NCBI GenBank assembly: GCA_040954595.2
Contig: CM082587.2
Location: forward strand, 9,863,403-9,927,402
Reading direction: 5' to 3'
Origin: Balanoglossus misakiensis
Lineage: Eukaryota; Animalia; Hemichordata
Length of the DNA stretch: 64,000 nucleotides
Under the pieces are notes generated by a model, which saw only the letters and a program-made list of their open reading frames with translations, did not search any database and was not told where the DNA came from. The position numbers and the translations under genes were made by a program. This document shows, piece by piece, positions 1 through 13,728 of the stretch (position 1 is its first letter; each line of letters starts with the position of its first letter).

Positions 1-594
1 ATTCGCACACAGTTGGGTCGGCGAGTTGATGTAAGCTCACAATGTGAATTTTCTAAAGCGTATTCTCTCCTGCCTGCATAGCTGTCTGTCTGTCCATATG
101 TATATAGCGAGCAGATCGACATGTACTTATTGTTAACATGCAGGTGAAGATGGGTATTTAATGTCCGAACTATAATTAGTTGCCAATGCAACATCTTGAA
201 AGCGCATGGCGTACATTACCTCAATCAACATTTGCCATTCGCATTTTAGAAATGTGCCGGGGGTCACCTTTGACATGACCAACCGACCCACCCTCGCATA
301 ATAAATGAAAATTCCCTAATCGTAATTAAAACGTAAATCAAACAAATATGCAGGAAAGGATGCACCACAGCGTATCTTTACCATAAACAATTTCGGGAAG
401 TATTGTTAAAAGAGTTACAGAATACAACGACTCGAGACTTTTCATACCATGCTAGTTATTTTTATTACGTTCATAATGGACAATATCAAGATTTGATGCC
501 AACCCACCACTACCTATTATGAATTTCAACGTTTGACAAAAATATCTCTCCACTGTCTTTGTCTAAATCATGATGTATTCAGCTGTAGTTTATG

Positions 595-2039
595 TTAGAC
601 ACCTGAAAGATACAAACATCTCAATGTTAAATATGCGTAAGTATAACTTTGAATATAACATCTCAATGGCCCTCAAATATGATTCTCATAGCGCATTCAG
701 AGAGCCGAACAAGAAACATGGTTGATACAAAGAACGCGAATAATGAAAGAAATGGCCAAAGCTGCAGGTGATTGATCTTTGAACCTTACCTGATCTATCA
801 ACAACGCCCATGACGGCATCTGAATCCACTATTTTCGCTGGTATTGGATTCTTTAACCAGCATTCGCCAGTATTTTCTCTGAAAGTCCATGCAAGACACT
901 GACTGTTGCGTTTGCAATCTTCACAACATTCTTCTGGACTGCTCTTGATGTTTTGGTATCCGTCATTTATGTCGTTTCCAGGTGTGGCGAAACCATCTTC
1001 CATGTTACAGCCTACGCCTGTGATATATATTAAGAATATATTATTGGTGTTGAAAACAATGTCCATCGCATTGATAAACGTACATATTGCATCAAGTTCT
1101 TTCCAAATCCAAATAGTCAATATTGAAATATCGACACGAGTACAGGCCCAACGCACGATGGGATTTAGGCCTATTTTGAAAATTGTCAAAAATGACAAAT
1201 TCCCGAAATTGCTAATATTGGCCATTCTGTCATTTTTGGACGTTTTTCATGGGTTATATATATATAGCTCATGAAAATTGTCCATTCATATCCCTCGTTA
1301 ACGTTTGTCTCTCTACCAGAATACGTGTACGCTTTGAATTAGAGGGACTTGCCCCTCCAGAGCGTTTGAATGGGTGTCCAGCAAGCCCATTACAAAATTA
1401 AATTTACATATGAAAATGTGTCAAACTGAACATTTTAGTACTAACCATACTCGCATCCACGAAGAAAGGCAAACTGGCAAAAAAAACAGACAAAGGTTAC
1501 TAATTACTGCGATGATTTTTTAGGCTCATATTTGTTCAAAATACACGGTCAGAGATCTGTTTGAGATAGTCAATGGAAATATTGATACAGTGCAGTGGTC
1601 GCCTGACTTGCGTTTTCACAGACCTTCGGGGGGGGGGGGGGGGGGGAACGATTTCATCCCCAAGTTTGAAAAAACGCTGCGTGATTTCTGTTTGAAATTT
1701 GTGCATTCAAATTGAAGATATTACACCTCAAGTTGAAACTTTCAATGACAGTTCGGGGTGGGCGCTCGACCGAAATACGATAATTGCACGATTAAAGTCA
1801 GCCTTACATATTTGTCGTTTCGGTATTCGAAACTTTCTTCAAAATGTGAATTGGCCAACGGACATGCAGTGACAATCGTTTACCACCCGTAATTATGAAC
1901 TTCGGTTAACGCACTCAAACGCTCTCAAAAGCAACCGAGACATTAAAAAATAGTTGTTGCCAGCGCTGCATGCAAATTTTACACTTACCTGACAAAGTAC
2001 CACTGCAAGGAGGACCGAAGCCTTCATCACGATACCCAT
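595..2039 (-). CDS. Small secreted single PAN/Apple-domain protein (signal exon 2039-1989, PAN exon 1017-790, terminal exon from 602)
   Basis: Exon 1017-790 (228 nt, AG/GT bounded) encodes C-x(3)-GFATPGNDI...EECCEDC...QCLAWTF...GECWLK, a PAN_4/Apple pattern. It splices in phase 1 to G-V-stop at 602. The upstream exon MGIVMKASVLLAVVLCQ|gtaagt looks like a signal peptide but ends in phase 0, so a linking exon may be missing. Confidence 0.75.
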
Positions 2040-2084
2040 ACTTCTTGCTGATCGTTTGGCTGTTCGTTCACAGTCAGGAGCACC

Positions 2085-2126
2085 AACTGTAGTGAGATTT
2101 TCCGTCCAACAACTCTGCTTTATATG
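2085..2126 (-). promoter_or_regulatory. Putative TATA box and initiator for the PAN gene
   Basis: Minus strand reads GCATATAAAG, then TACAGTT ~30 nt downstream, ~50 nt before the signal-peptide ATG. Confidence 0.4.
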
Positions 2127-2579
2127 CACCTCGTTGAGAAAATAAACTTAAAAACGGCTTTGGATTAGTCAGTTGCTCCTCCAGCCAAACTACAATTACA
2201 GATCCGCGTTTCTTTAGCATTGCATTGACATACGGGTATTTTCAAACTTTCATAATTTGATAATAACCCGCTTTAGGGTAGCCTATGTACTTTTTGTTCA
2301 ATCTGTTACGAGTGCTTACATTCCCACACTTCACTCCCGTAATAATGTAAGGCACACCAATTGAATCAGGTAATTTAAATGGTAGCAGTTGAAATCAAAA
2401 CGTTGGAGACTTCTTCATGTGGCAATTAAGCAAAAAAGCCCATCATCATAAGCGGGCTTGGGCTATTCCAAAACCGAATTCCAACAAAGCATGAATTTAC
2501 GGTGATTTTGCAGAAAGGCACATCCGCCATCTTGAAAACTTGTTAGTCAGGGTTACTAACCAGGAGGTATTTATAATAC

Positions 2580-3405
2580 AAGTGAGAACATGTCAATAAT
2601 CTGCACTTAGTTCCCGCTCTTTCTTGCTTGTGAAATTAACAATTGGCAGCACACAAAGAACCGGAATTAAATGTATTACTGTGCAAACTATAACAATATT
2701 GACTCAAATTTAAGGCTATTACAAATCGTTCGTTTGCAGAAGTAGAATTGCTAAATCATATGCTGTTGATTTTTGCATACTAGCATGTACTGCAGATTAT
2801 TCTGTGGTTCGCGACCTCAAAACTGTGGTATTACATCTCATTATTATGAGAATGAAGAAAATATTCCCTTTCAAAATTTAATTATTTTCGGAGCATTTGT
2901 TGAATAGACTATTGTCAAGCAAGTTCAATTTTTCACTTGGTCAGTTTTTCTTTTAATATTTACAACAAATCCCACGTATAACCTGTCAAAACTTACATAT
3001 AGAGCGAAGGAAGATTATTATAAGCAAATGCAATGACGATAGCAAGATGTTCAAAGATGGCAGATCAATGGTTGACCTCATATGGAAGCAGTATAATGTT
3101 GTTCCCGTTACCCAGTTAAATAGAGCTAAAACCTTGAAATTAGGTGTGTCTGTGCATCGTCTGGCCTTGTCCCCTTGTCCCAAATATAGATGAGGGATGA
3201 GGTTTTCTGTAATGCAAGTGAGGACATGTCAGTAATCTACACTAGTTCCCGCTCTTTCTTTCTTGTGAAATTAACAATTGGCAGCACATAAAGAACCAGA
3301 TAAAAATTTATATCATAGAAATAGTATGACAATATTGGATCTAATTTGAGGGTATTAGAAATTTTTCGTTACTAGAAGTAGAAATGCGAACTCATACTGT
3401 TGATA
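2580..3405. repeat. Diverged direct duplication of ~190 bp (2580-2770 vs 3217-3405)
   Basis: Both copies contain TAGTTCCCGCTCTTTCTT-CTTGTGAAATTAACAATTGGCAGCACA and similar flanks. Confidence 0.75.
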
Positions 3406-3828
3406 AAAACATGACGACAATATACGTACTAAGTATAGCCCAAATAATCAGGCAGGCCCTTTCCTCTGTATTTCTATGAATTTCATTTTAAAATGCCGAG
3501 TAAGACTCTGGAACATACGAAGCTAAACATTCTATTGGAAAGGTAAATATAGAGATATGATATTAACATGTTTTTTATTTTCGATCAAGCATCTTCACAG
3601 CCTTGGCGATGAGAGAACTCCCAAAGAAGAAGAAAGGAAAATATCTCAATCAGGAAGAGTTTTCAAATCCAACCCAGTTGACTTTTTATTTGACACTATC
3701 CCATACAGAGCACAACCAGGGTGCAATGTGGGTGTGCATGTGAATAAGTCGTTTGGGGTGTGTTTGGAATGGGCCTCAATGGCGCGAGAAGAAAATGGTA
3801 CACTTCCAGATTTTGCACTCCAAATTAC

Positions 3829-5870
3829 ATTAAAGCTGCAAGCAGCATTGAAGGGGCCCAAGCATAGAGTTAATAACCATTAGACTCCATTCAGGGTTGT
3901 ACCATTCAAATGCGTAGGCCGTATGTATTTGCTCTCGATGTTGAGATATGGGGAAGTAGGCAACCACCCGAAATGCATGTCCTACAACAAGTACAAACAC
4001 AACAACCAAAGGTGAACTTCTACGTTGTAAGTACTTCAGTAAGTATACTTCAAAGGTCAGCTGAGGGTACCCAACATTTTTTTTATTTGGTTCATATTCA
4101 AGACAACGAAAAATCCCCGCTGGTTGGGTTTGTCAAATTAGATATGGCCATAATAATGAGTTACTCGAGTAAGTTACAGGTGGCCCCAGGAATTTAGCAT
4201 TTCATGACGCAGAGGGTCCTACCCTACCCCTCCAAACACCTGGCTATATATGATGTGCGTGCTAACATATGGAAAGCAGGTCAATGGACACCTGAGGTCA
4301 CCCAAAAATTTGACAAAAAATGTTCATTCCTGTTTATGTCATGTGCAACAAATCCTACATTTGCAGCCCTTTCACTTTGCCTACCATTACGTATGCACGT
4401 AATACATGAATCAAGCAGGTGTCGCAGGTATCCCTCTGTATTTGGCATTTCATGATAGTTTCATCCCTCCAAATACCAAAGCTGCACCTGTACAACGGGC
4501 TGAGATATGGCACTGTATGACAGAGGTCATCCAAATCAACTTATACATTTGGGCAAAAACAAACTGACACTTACATTCGTCCCTGTGGAACAAAAACCAC
4601 ACATATTGCCCTGTTGGTTAGTGTCCAATTAAATGTACAAAATCAATGACTTAGGCAGGTGCAACAGGGGACCCCGCCTTTGGTATATCTTATGGTCCCA
4701 TCCGTATATGCCCCCCGCACCCCCAACGCCAAAGCTGCATGCATCTGCTGTGGATGCTCACTAAGCAAAAGTAGGTGAAATGTCACATAAGGTCGCCCAT
4801 AACTTGACAGGAAAATCGGACTTCAAATTGATCCATGTGCAACAAATACCACGCTAGCATCCCTTTCATTGACCCCACAATTACGCATGCACATAATTGA
4901 GTTACACAGGTGTCACAGGTGACCCCCGAATCGGGCGTATTACTAGTATTTTGGTCCCATACAGCTGCATGAAGCTGCGTGCCATTACGGGCGACCTGAT
5001 AACCCCCACGGCCACCTGTGGGCCGACCCCCATACTGAACGTCCAGTTGCAACGTCACGACTGAAGTAGGAACTTTTGAACGGCAACGACGCCTGATCTC
5101 TGATTATTGCTGGTACCATACTCCCTTCGTGCAAGAAAATCATTGGTCTGCTGACGTATTTCAGCCACATTAGCGACTGAGGGTCAAAGTCCGCCGCCGC
5201 ATTACATTGAATGTTAACCTGTGTAGCCGGGTCTGGATAGAAACATTTGAACGGCATTAGCTAACAAACTCAGCGTAATTCAATAAAACGCCCTAACACA
5301 GCCTGAACTCCGATAATGTGTTGTCCCAAAATTCATTCCGTGGAAAATAATCACTGGTCAGTTTACGTATTTCAGCCGATTTTCCAAGGACTACTGCAAC
5401 CCGCCAGAAGTGAGTAGCCTGCTAATGAGATCTCCACAACATTACGTAATGACGGTCAAAGTCCGATGCCCCAGTGTCCGTCCTCAGCCCACCAAAAAAT
5501 GTGAAAAATATTACAAAAATCTTCTTCTCAAAATCGACGTGGCCTAGGACCTTGAAATTTGGCACAGGGGATTTTGGCCACATGGTCTACAAAAATCGCG
5601 AAAAGAATGTACATGCCCCCATTAACATGCAAATTAGGTCAATTTGAAAATTTCGCTCGATTATAGTCACCAAGTCACGTGACTAATTACAAATTCAAAG
5701 GGCAGGTGCACCAGTACTCATGGGCCCCAACCATCGTGCCAAATTTCAAGGTCCTAGGACACGTCGATTTTGAGAAAAACGGGAGCAAAAAAACGACTCA
5801 AGAAGAAAGAAGAAAAACTCCAGCAATAACAGAAGGGGACCAAGCGCCTGAGGGCGCTTGGTCCCCTAAA
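3829..5870 (-). mobile_element. Non-autonomous Helentron/Helitron2 (HINE-like), copy 1, ~2.04 kb
   Basis: Terminal hairpin AGGGGACCAAGC...GCTTGGTCCCCT next to a T-run; asymmetric sub-terminal IR GCTTGGGCCCCT followed by a GCTGC-TT-GCAGC stem-loop; near-identical inverted copy at 16463-18504. Confidence 0.8.
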
Positions 5871-6072
5871 AATCTCGCCAAAATGAATAAATGGTAAAGA
5901 CCCATTATTCATTTTGGCGAGTTTTTCACTCTTGTGTCTACAAGTAGGATGGAAGGTGTGTGTGGGCGAACATTGATTCACTATATATCCACATGTAATA
6001 ACATAAACAGTGTCTTGTATCGAACACAATTAATGGGAAAAGGGCAGTGAGAGAGAGACTTTGTCCCTTTAA
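5871..6072. mobile_element. Partial Kolobok-like MITE (family A) abutting the Helentron
   Basis: Ends in GAGAGAGACTTTGTCCCT-TTAA; interior matches the full copy at 44977-45322. Confidence 0.75.
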
Positions 6073-7439
6073 TATACGAAAAAAGATGACTTCTCATTGC
6101 TTTACCAAGGTAATTATCTGTCAGTACAAGTGAAACATAGACAGAAGTTTGTATTTGTAAGAAATATTGTATTGATTTTTTTAGGTGAATTCTCCAACTT
6201 AGGCAAAATCCTATCACCAACAATCATCGTTCATAAAAACTTATTTTTTTGAGAGTTACAACCAAGAAAGTTAAGTCTCGGCCTCAGAAGATGTGGTGTG
6301 GATAATGTATAGGCCCCTAGCTTGAAAGAAAAGAAAATAGACAGGAAAAGGAGACCACTTGATTATTGACAATCATTCATATGAAAACTGTGAAGAATGT
6401 AAATGTATTCAATACATGTAATGTATACAATTAATTACATAAATCAACACACTGCCACCCAATGAGTGATAGAGTGCCTGTGATCAGTTGTACATATACC
6501 ACATAAAATTCTGCCAAGAGAAGTGGCAATATCAACATTGGGTATTTCTTTATAGGGTTTCTCTTACATAGCATGCTTTTCTGTTGTAAACTGTGTCATA
6601 TCATACCAAGCCTTATTTCTAAGTGTGTTTTTCAATCAATCAATCAATCTGAGAAATTTGTAAAGCGCCAGTATCTATAACAAGTGTCATACTCAGGCGC
6701 TTGTGCTCATTGGCCCACACTATATGCTCTTGCGAAATAATGCGTCTTCAGTCTCTTCTTAAAGATGCTCAAACTTGGAGCTTGGCGAATGTCTTGTGGC
6801 AGAGAGTTCCACAGTTTCGGTGCAGCATGAGAGAATGCTCGGCCACCGTATGGCGATCGTTTGTACATTGTCGTGCATTAAAGACTCTTCTTAGCTTTTA
6901 ATGGTGCACACTGTATGTCCCTGACAATACTTGTTCTTTTATTTTGCAGCAAGAATACTATCTGAACTATCAAATGATTTGTGGTAGCAAAGCCAGGCAT
7001 TTGGGCTCTTTCAATGACAGAAGAAGTGAAAGACATTCTTGGAATTATTTAGAGAAAACTGTGCATGATTGGTCATTGAAGAACCAAGAAGACTTCATCT
7101 TGTCGGTGGGTATTTATGATTTTGTTAGCTCTGTTGTCAATGTCAGCAACACAAGGTTCTGTAACTATTTTTGTCAGAAACTGCTGATCACACGTTTGAC
7201 AAGCAAGTTCCTGGGAGTTGATTTGAGAACAAAATCTCAGTTTTAAGCCAGATTTGGGAATATTTATTTTATTTCAAACTTTGAGTCCCTTTCCTTAGAT
7301 CTTTGTCAGTTTGTATGGCTGGAAATGTTGAGACCTTAGTATTAACATGAACAATGTCCCTTCCTATGCGTACTGGTTTAACTGTCAACAGATTACCTGG
7401 ATAAGCCAGTATATTGTATATCATGATACTGGTACACCA

Positions 7440-7850
7440 AGAGATATTATATTACCATGGCCTGTGCATCGCATTTTAATTGGTCGAGATGAACGACGTC
7501 ACTGACCACAAATACTCAGTAATGGTTTGTTTACATGCCCGTAAATCTGAATAGTAATTTTAACAAACAGTTCAGTGAATACAACATTTTACGTAACACA
7601 AGTTCCGGGGCCCCTAGTCTTTTGCGTGGGACATTTTCGTAAATTTTGACGGTTTTCTTGGGTTTGTTTGTAATACAATGGAAATAACCAACTCCGCCCT
7701 GACCATTAACATTTGTTTATGGGCGCGGGCTCGAGGAAAGCCAAAATTCATGGGCTCGGAAGCCTCGCCCATGAATTTTTGGCTTTCCCCTCGCCCTTTC
7801 CCATAAACAAACGTTAATGGTCAGGGTGTCGTCCATTATTTCTATATTAT
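7440..7850. mobile_element. Non-autonomous element with a long internal hairpin (Crypton-like, tentative)
   Basis: Nested IR CCCTGACCATTAAC...GAAAGCCAAAATTCATGGGC/GCCCATGAATTTTTGGCTTTC...GTTAATGGTCAGGG. Confidence 0.45.
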
Positions 7851-9677
7851 AACACACCTTGTGTGTAATTTGTGTTGTGAATCACCAATGTGTTGTCATA
7901 TGGTGTGTGTCAGTTTGGCCCTGATAGTGAGTGATACATACAACAAGGAATTACAGGTCGACATATTTTGAACTGTTGTCCTGTCAGACAAGCATTCTAA
8001 AAACTGCCACCTAGCTAAGACTATCAGGAAAAATTGCCCCCAACTACCATCAAGAAAAATGATGTATTTTGCTCCAAGTCCTCGAAAAACATCTGAATTC
8101 ATTGAACAAGTAAAGAAGAGGAGTCAGTTGGAAAAAAGATAGGACCATGCCACACGGCTTTTAAAGGTGTTCGGTGTTTTGGTGACAACAAACCGTTATT
8201 GCAATGAACAATTGAATATTAATTTTCAAAAACCATTTTATTCTGTAAGAAAAATTTTCATTGGTCAAGCGGACTAGATAAAAATGTACAAAACTACACA
8301 AGAAATCTACAGACTTAGCTTATAATTTATAAGCTGTGTTTTTTATAAGTTAACCAATATCTTTTATAAGTTTTAAATAAAAGAGATTGGTTTCCCACTA
8401 TCCAAGGTACAGACAAGGTAATAGCCTTTTACCCTTCTTTTTCTTTGCTTATTAAGGACTGGGTAGTAGAACTCAAAGACATATGCAGTATAATTAATGC
8501 TTATGACAATTATTGACATCTTGTCATGGGTGGACCATATTGTGATTTTAGCTGACAATGAAAATGATACGCAAAAATGTTAAAGCACGTTCTCATTTTT
8601 CAATCATTTTAGAAAAATCCAATATGGCCGACATTAGGGACGACCAAACACAATGCCCTTACACAAGCTTGATAGACATCAGTTTTGGTGACCATTTACA
8701 CCAAATCTCAAGAAGATGTTTGAAATTTTAATGAGATTTATTATACATGTAATTCCAATGTGGCTGCCAAGGTCACATGACTCTGGCTCATAATTTTTTC
8801 GGCAAATTTTGAAGGAGAGATGGCATGTTTGCCATGCACTAAATTTCAAGTTGATTTGCAATGTAGTATTTGATAAGAAGCCATTTGTTTTAATTTAGTC
8901 GTGGTAATTAAACATTTCATGACAACTCATCGGCCCCGACCATTCTGCCATGTTTTGAGAAATGTAGGTGCAGTGGGTATTGGGATCTCAAAAAATTGAC
9001 TCGGACATGCGAAGAAAAGAATAACAGTACAGCTGTAGGCCTTGGTCCCGTAAATACCTGTTAACGCTTGTGACATTGGAAAATGTGAGTGATGTGTATT
9101 TGCTGTTGATAGCATTCTCATTCTGTGTACTTTGCAGAAGTCTACAGACCTGAAGGATGAGGAAATATCAGAGTTTCAAGCTGTGACAGGAAAATCTATA
9201 CAAAGAATATGCAGTTCCAGATTTGTCCTTCCAAGGTTACTTGGAGACTTCAATATGGCCATAGATACAGCTCAGGTAAATTTTCTAACTTAACAACATT
9301 AATTCAGTGCATTTTGGCCCCTATCACCGTACCAAGTTTCAGCCCGGTAGATGCTGCGTGTTTTCCAGATGTAGCTGGCCTGATAGGCATGGGCCCCTAA
9401 AAATGCATGTGTCTAGTTGTTTTGAACTGTGGTGTTAATCTCTCCTGGGTGATCTTATTTTCTAAGTTTGTTTTGTTGAAATTGCGACAAATTTGTATTA
9501 CTATATTTTGATGTCTTCACAAATTTGCCTTTTTAGCTGTGCTGACAAGTTTGTCAGACTCTGTGCGCCATTTAATTCTGAAGAAATTTTCTTGTTTATA
9601 ATGTAAAGTATCACAGTGGAGCTGTGTTGGTTGCTAGGTAGCTACTTCTGATATAGAATTACTTCTGTGCAATCCCC

Positions 9678-10135
9678 AAATAGGACTAATAGAATCCCAA
9701 GGACCTGGGATCATATTTCTCACATGAGTTGGGGATTTTTTGTCCCACACGAGCCGCAGGCGAGTGTGGGACAGAATATCCTCGACGAGTGTGAGAAATA
9801 CTTTCCCAGGTCCTTGGTGTGTGAGATGATATTTCTCACACGATCACAAATTAGCCAAATTGAATAAATGACTCTGGAACTGTAGTCTTGGCACGTTGTA
9901 GTCTCTGTCCCTATGATACACATCACGCCATTGGATAACATTTAGTGCACATTGCAAAAAGACGCTTTGTCAACCAATCAGTGTTCCCGTCATATACAGC
10001 TATTGATTCAGTGAGAGTGTGGGATCGATTTGTTCTCACACTCTGATCCCTCACTCCCAGCGTGCCAGGAGTGTGAGAAGAAATGTTCTTGATGCTATGT
10101 TTTACTGTACAATGCACTGAATAATTGTGAGAAAT
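9678..10135. mobile_element. Hairpin-bearing interspersed repeat (Crypton-like, tentative); rearranged partial copy at ~39800-39985
   Basis: AAGGACCTGGGA...TGTCCCACACGAGCCGCAGGCGAGTGTGGGACA...TCCCAGGTCCTT; matching segments lie in an intron of the NB-ARC gene. Confidence 0.6.
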
Positions 10136-13100
10136 GTTACTGTTGATAAAAAAGAAACATTTGAACAGGTGCAGACGTCAGGATGGTGAAATAATTTTCC
10201 CCTGTATAAAACATTTTTTTTTCATTAAAGATATTTCTTCCGGAGAATAAGCACACATTGGATGAAATTTTATCAATTAGCATTGATACAACTCTGTCAG
10301 CTATACAAAAAGTGTTCACAGGAGATATATGTGCAGTGATCCAGGTTAGTTTTTAGGTCCCATCTGGTATAATATGTACATGTACCATGGGTCATTATGG
10401 GATCGTTTGCATTTGTATGTATATCTCATTGTCTGTCTGCATGTATGGACGGATGTATGTCCGTCCACATCATGATGAGCTTCTGCTAAATTCTAACTGA
10501 ACAGTTCAATGACCTTCTATAATGGTCCTAAACATTTCCAAAGCATTTCTAAAACATATATTATACTATCAAAATATATAAAATACAAGGGACATAGAAT
10601 AACAAAATGTCTTGTGACAGTACAATTAGCATAATTCTCATTCTCTGTATGTGTGTCCATGTGGGTGTGCCTGTCTGCTTGCTTGATTGCCCGCCTGTCA
10701 AAAATCCTTTTCAAATAATACAGCAAGTAGTAGCAATAATGGCAGATGTTTTGATTTCATTGCCAGACATTTTGCACGCTGTTTTCCACTACATCAATTA
10801 AGCTGGCCCTGCTCCAACCGGAATACACTTCACGTTTATGTTTATACTTCTTTCATTGATTCCTTTCAAAATAGGAGCAAAATGTCCTCAGAATTGTTTG
10901 TTCTATTGATCCAGCAGAGACTTTGCCATTCACTAGTTCTTGTCGTCACATTCTAATATTTTATGTAACAAAGAGATATGTTGTTTTTTTTTTCTTTTTT
11001 TTTCATATACATAGAACAGCCAAGTATGTCCCATATCAGTTGCATCTTTTGGACCAAACTTTATCACTAAGAGTGTATTTGAACACAAAGATGTGAAAAA
11101 CAATGTAAAAATGATCTCTGTTACCGCCATGGAAGAGCCAAGTGAGGATGATCTCTCTTGTCTCTACAGGTATGTACAAATTTTGTATTTATACTGAATC
11201 GGCGAAAGCAAGAATTAGAACCTGTGATTTTCAAACCCATGAATGCCTTATGTCCTTGTACATTCAGTTCATGACGGGAAAGCTCCATTACATGTTAGGA
11301 ACTCACTCCCTCACTTAGTTATCCAGGGATTAATCATATTCAAATATTTAAAAGGATTAGAAAGAAAATAGAAAATAGTGCCCTCATGCAACAAACAGAT
11401 GATTGTGTAAAGTTTGTCAGCCACCAAGCACAGGGAAGTGTGAAATAACAAAATAATAACAAAACTAAACAGATTTCAGGTAATCTTGCCCGACTTGACA
11501 ATTGCCAAGTCAGGTACCAGGTGAACATATGTTTGTACACACAAAATTACACACATGCGCATAAGACAATTGTCAGTCTTTAAGCAATTCTAGGCACTGA
11601 TCTGTTGAAACGTATGCTAAAATATTTTAAACATTGAAAGTATTTGGTATTTTGATACAGGTTTGGCCAAGGAGAAAATACTCCAACAGTTCACCTGATC
11701 ACAGTTACCAATCCCATAACTCCTTTGGTGGAGAAATTCTACGATGCTACAGCAAGTCATACCATTGTTTACATTGCTGCAGTGGCACTTAAGGTAAGTA
11801 AATCCAAATGCCAATTCATACACAGCCACCTTTTGTGGAGTGACTCTACAGATATACACTATACTGTAATTATTCCTGTTATAATTCAAATGCCCCTGGG
11901 GGATATATTTTTTAAATTTCACTCTTCATATTTGACTGTGAATTAAAATTACAATTTTTTTCAACTTTGAAAATTCAACCCCTCTGACTTCTCAATCCTT
12001 TGCCACTTCTCAAAAACTAAGAGCCATTGTCATTGATTGAGAGATCTTACACGAACAATAAACATGTCATGGAACTGACATCTGGGGCCGTTCCTACATG
12101 AAACTGAGCTGAAAGTAGAAAATTACCATGGAACAGATGTTGCTAATTAATGCTAATTATTTTCCAACTATTAGCAACACCCGGGTCAATGCTCTGGCCA
12201 ATCAGTAGTGTGTTGCGTAAGGTGATTGACTTGAATGATGTTGAAAACATGTGGTAACCTCGTTGCAATGACATTGCATTTTGAGTTCTATTGACATGCA
12301 GATCTTAAAAATGGAAGATAGTTGAAGTCGTGGCCAGACCCTTGTGTGTGAGTCTATCTAAAACACACTAGGTATGGTGACCAGGCAACTGCTGACGCTG
12401 CTTTCGCATAATAACGACGCAGTGTTTGCTGATGTGGCACATCCAGTCTGTATTTAATCAAAATAACAAGCATCTTGAATTAACTTTGACTGGTTTCTTT
12501 ATCAACATTTCCAACTTCCTAATTCTCTTTTCAGAGATTGGTTAGTGGTGGTTGTGTCATATTTACAACTACAACAAGAGTATTCCTGACTCGATGTTCT
12601 GTGGGTGTGCTTCACATATTGAATAGTTGTTTTGAGAAGGTATGTCTGTATATACTGGTACACAGAAGAATACTATGGACAATTTTACATTCTTAGCACA
12701 ACTATGCAGGCTCTATATTTGTATTAAAATCTCATTGATAAACAATTTGTTTTAAAAACAAGAAAATTATAAAATATGGAAAATATGGAAACCCGTTGAG
12801 AAACATTTTGTTGCAATTATTGGGAGGTAAGGTCTTTTTATTTCATAAGTGCAGGTGACTATAAACAACTGTTCCTTAGAAATTTGAATCCCTGAAATAG
12901 AACCAATATGATAGACTATTCTTGTGATTGCACTTTGTGTCTTTCCAGGGTTTCTAACATTACTCTCTTCCTTCAAGTAACTTTTCATAGACCGATTACA
13001 AAGTTTGTACTCTTCACATAATACTGATTTGAAAAACTTGTGACTCTCTTTCAGGTTCTAATTCATTGTATGAGTACCTTTCCCAGCTATTGTGTTATTT

Positions 13101-13728
13101 CCTGCCAAGATTACCGACCCAATGTTTCATTGATGGAGGTGAGGTTGCATTTTGAATGTCTTCATTGGTCATGTGCAAATATTTTTCCAGAAGTTTTTTT
13201 TCACATGTTTGATGTCAGAATCAGCATGCAGTTGACTCTGAACTGTATGATGAGTCTGGTAATTTATCAGTGAAGTTCTTCAAACTCATTGAACCACTGA
13301 AACCATATACTGACAACGAACAGAGTGTGGCACTTGTGGGGGGAAAACACCACTCCACATGTTATGAAGCCTTCAGAAGAAAACAATCCAGAATACATGT
13401 ACAACCGACTAGTTGGTATTTGAACCGACAAGGGTGCAGTTTTAGGACCAGAAATCTGGAGTGGTTTGACGCTTCCAAGGTTCAGCGAAGTCCCAAGGTG
13501 ATGACCGTTAACCCACAGACAAAGAGAAAAAACAGACTAGCAACGCGGCATGTCACTTTGATGTCTTGTCCACCTCGGCAAACAACGGCAAACAATAGGT
13601 TTCAAATGTGTCAAATGGGTTAGACACCGCGGAGACTTCCCAGAATACTTTGCGGTTGCGTCATTATCGACAGCTGCAGTACCTTGCCTGACACAGCTTT
13701 GCATTCAGGACTCGACTGAAACACTACT

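Noticed and set aside
3910-5897. Short ORFs mirrored at 16271-18522
   Set aside because: Conserved only because the repeat copies are recent; no Rep or helicase motifs.
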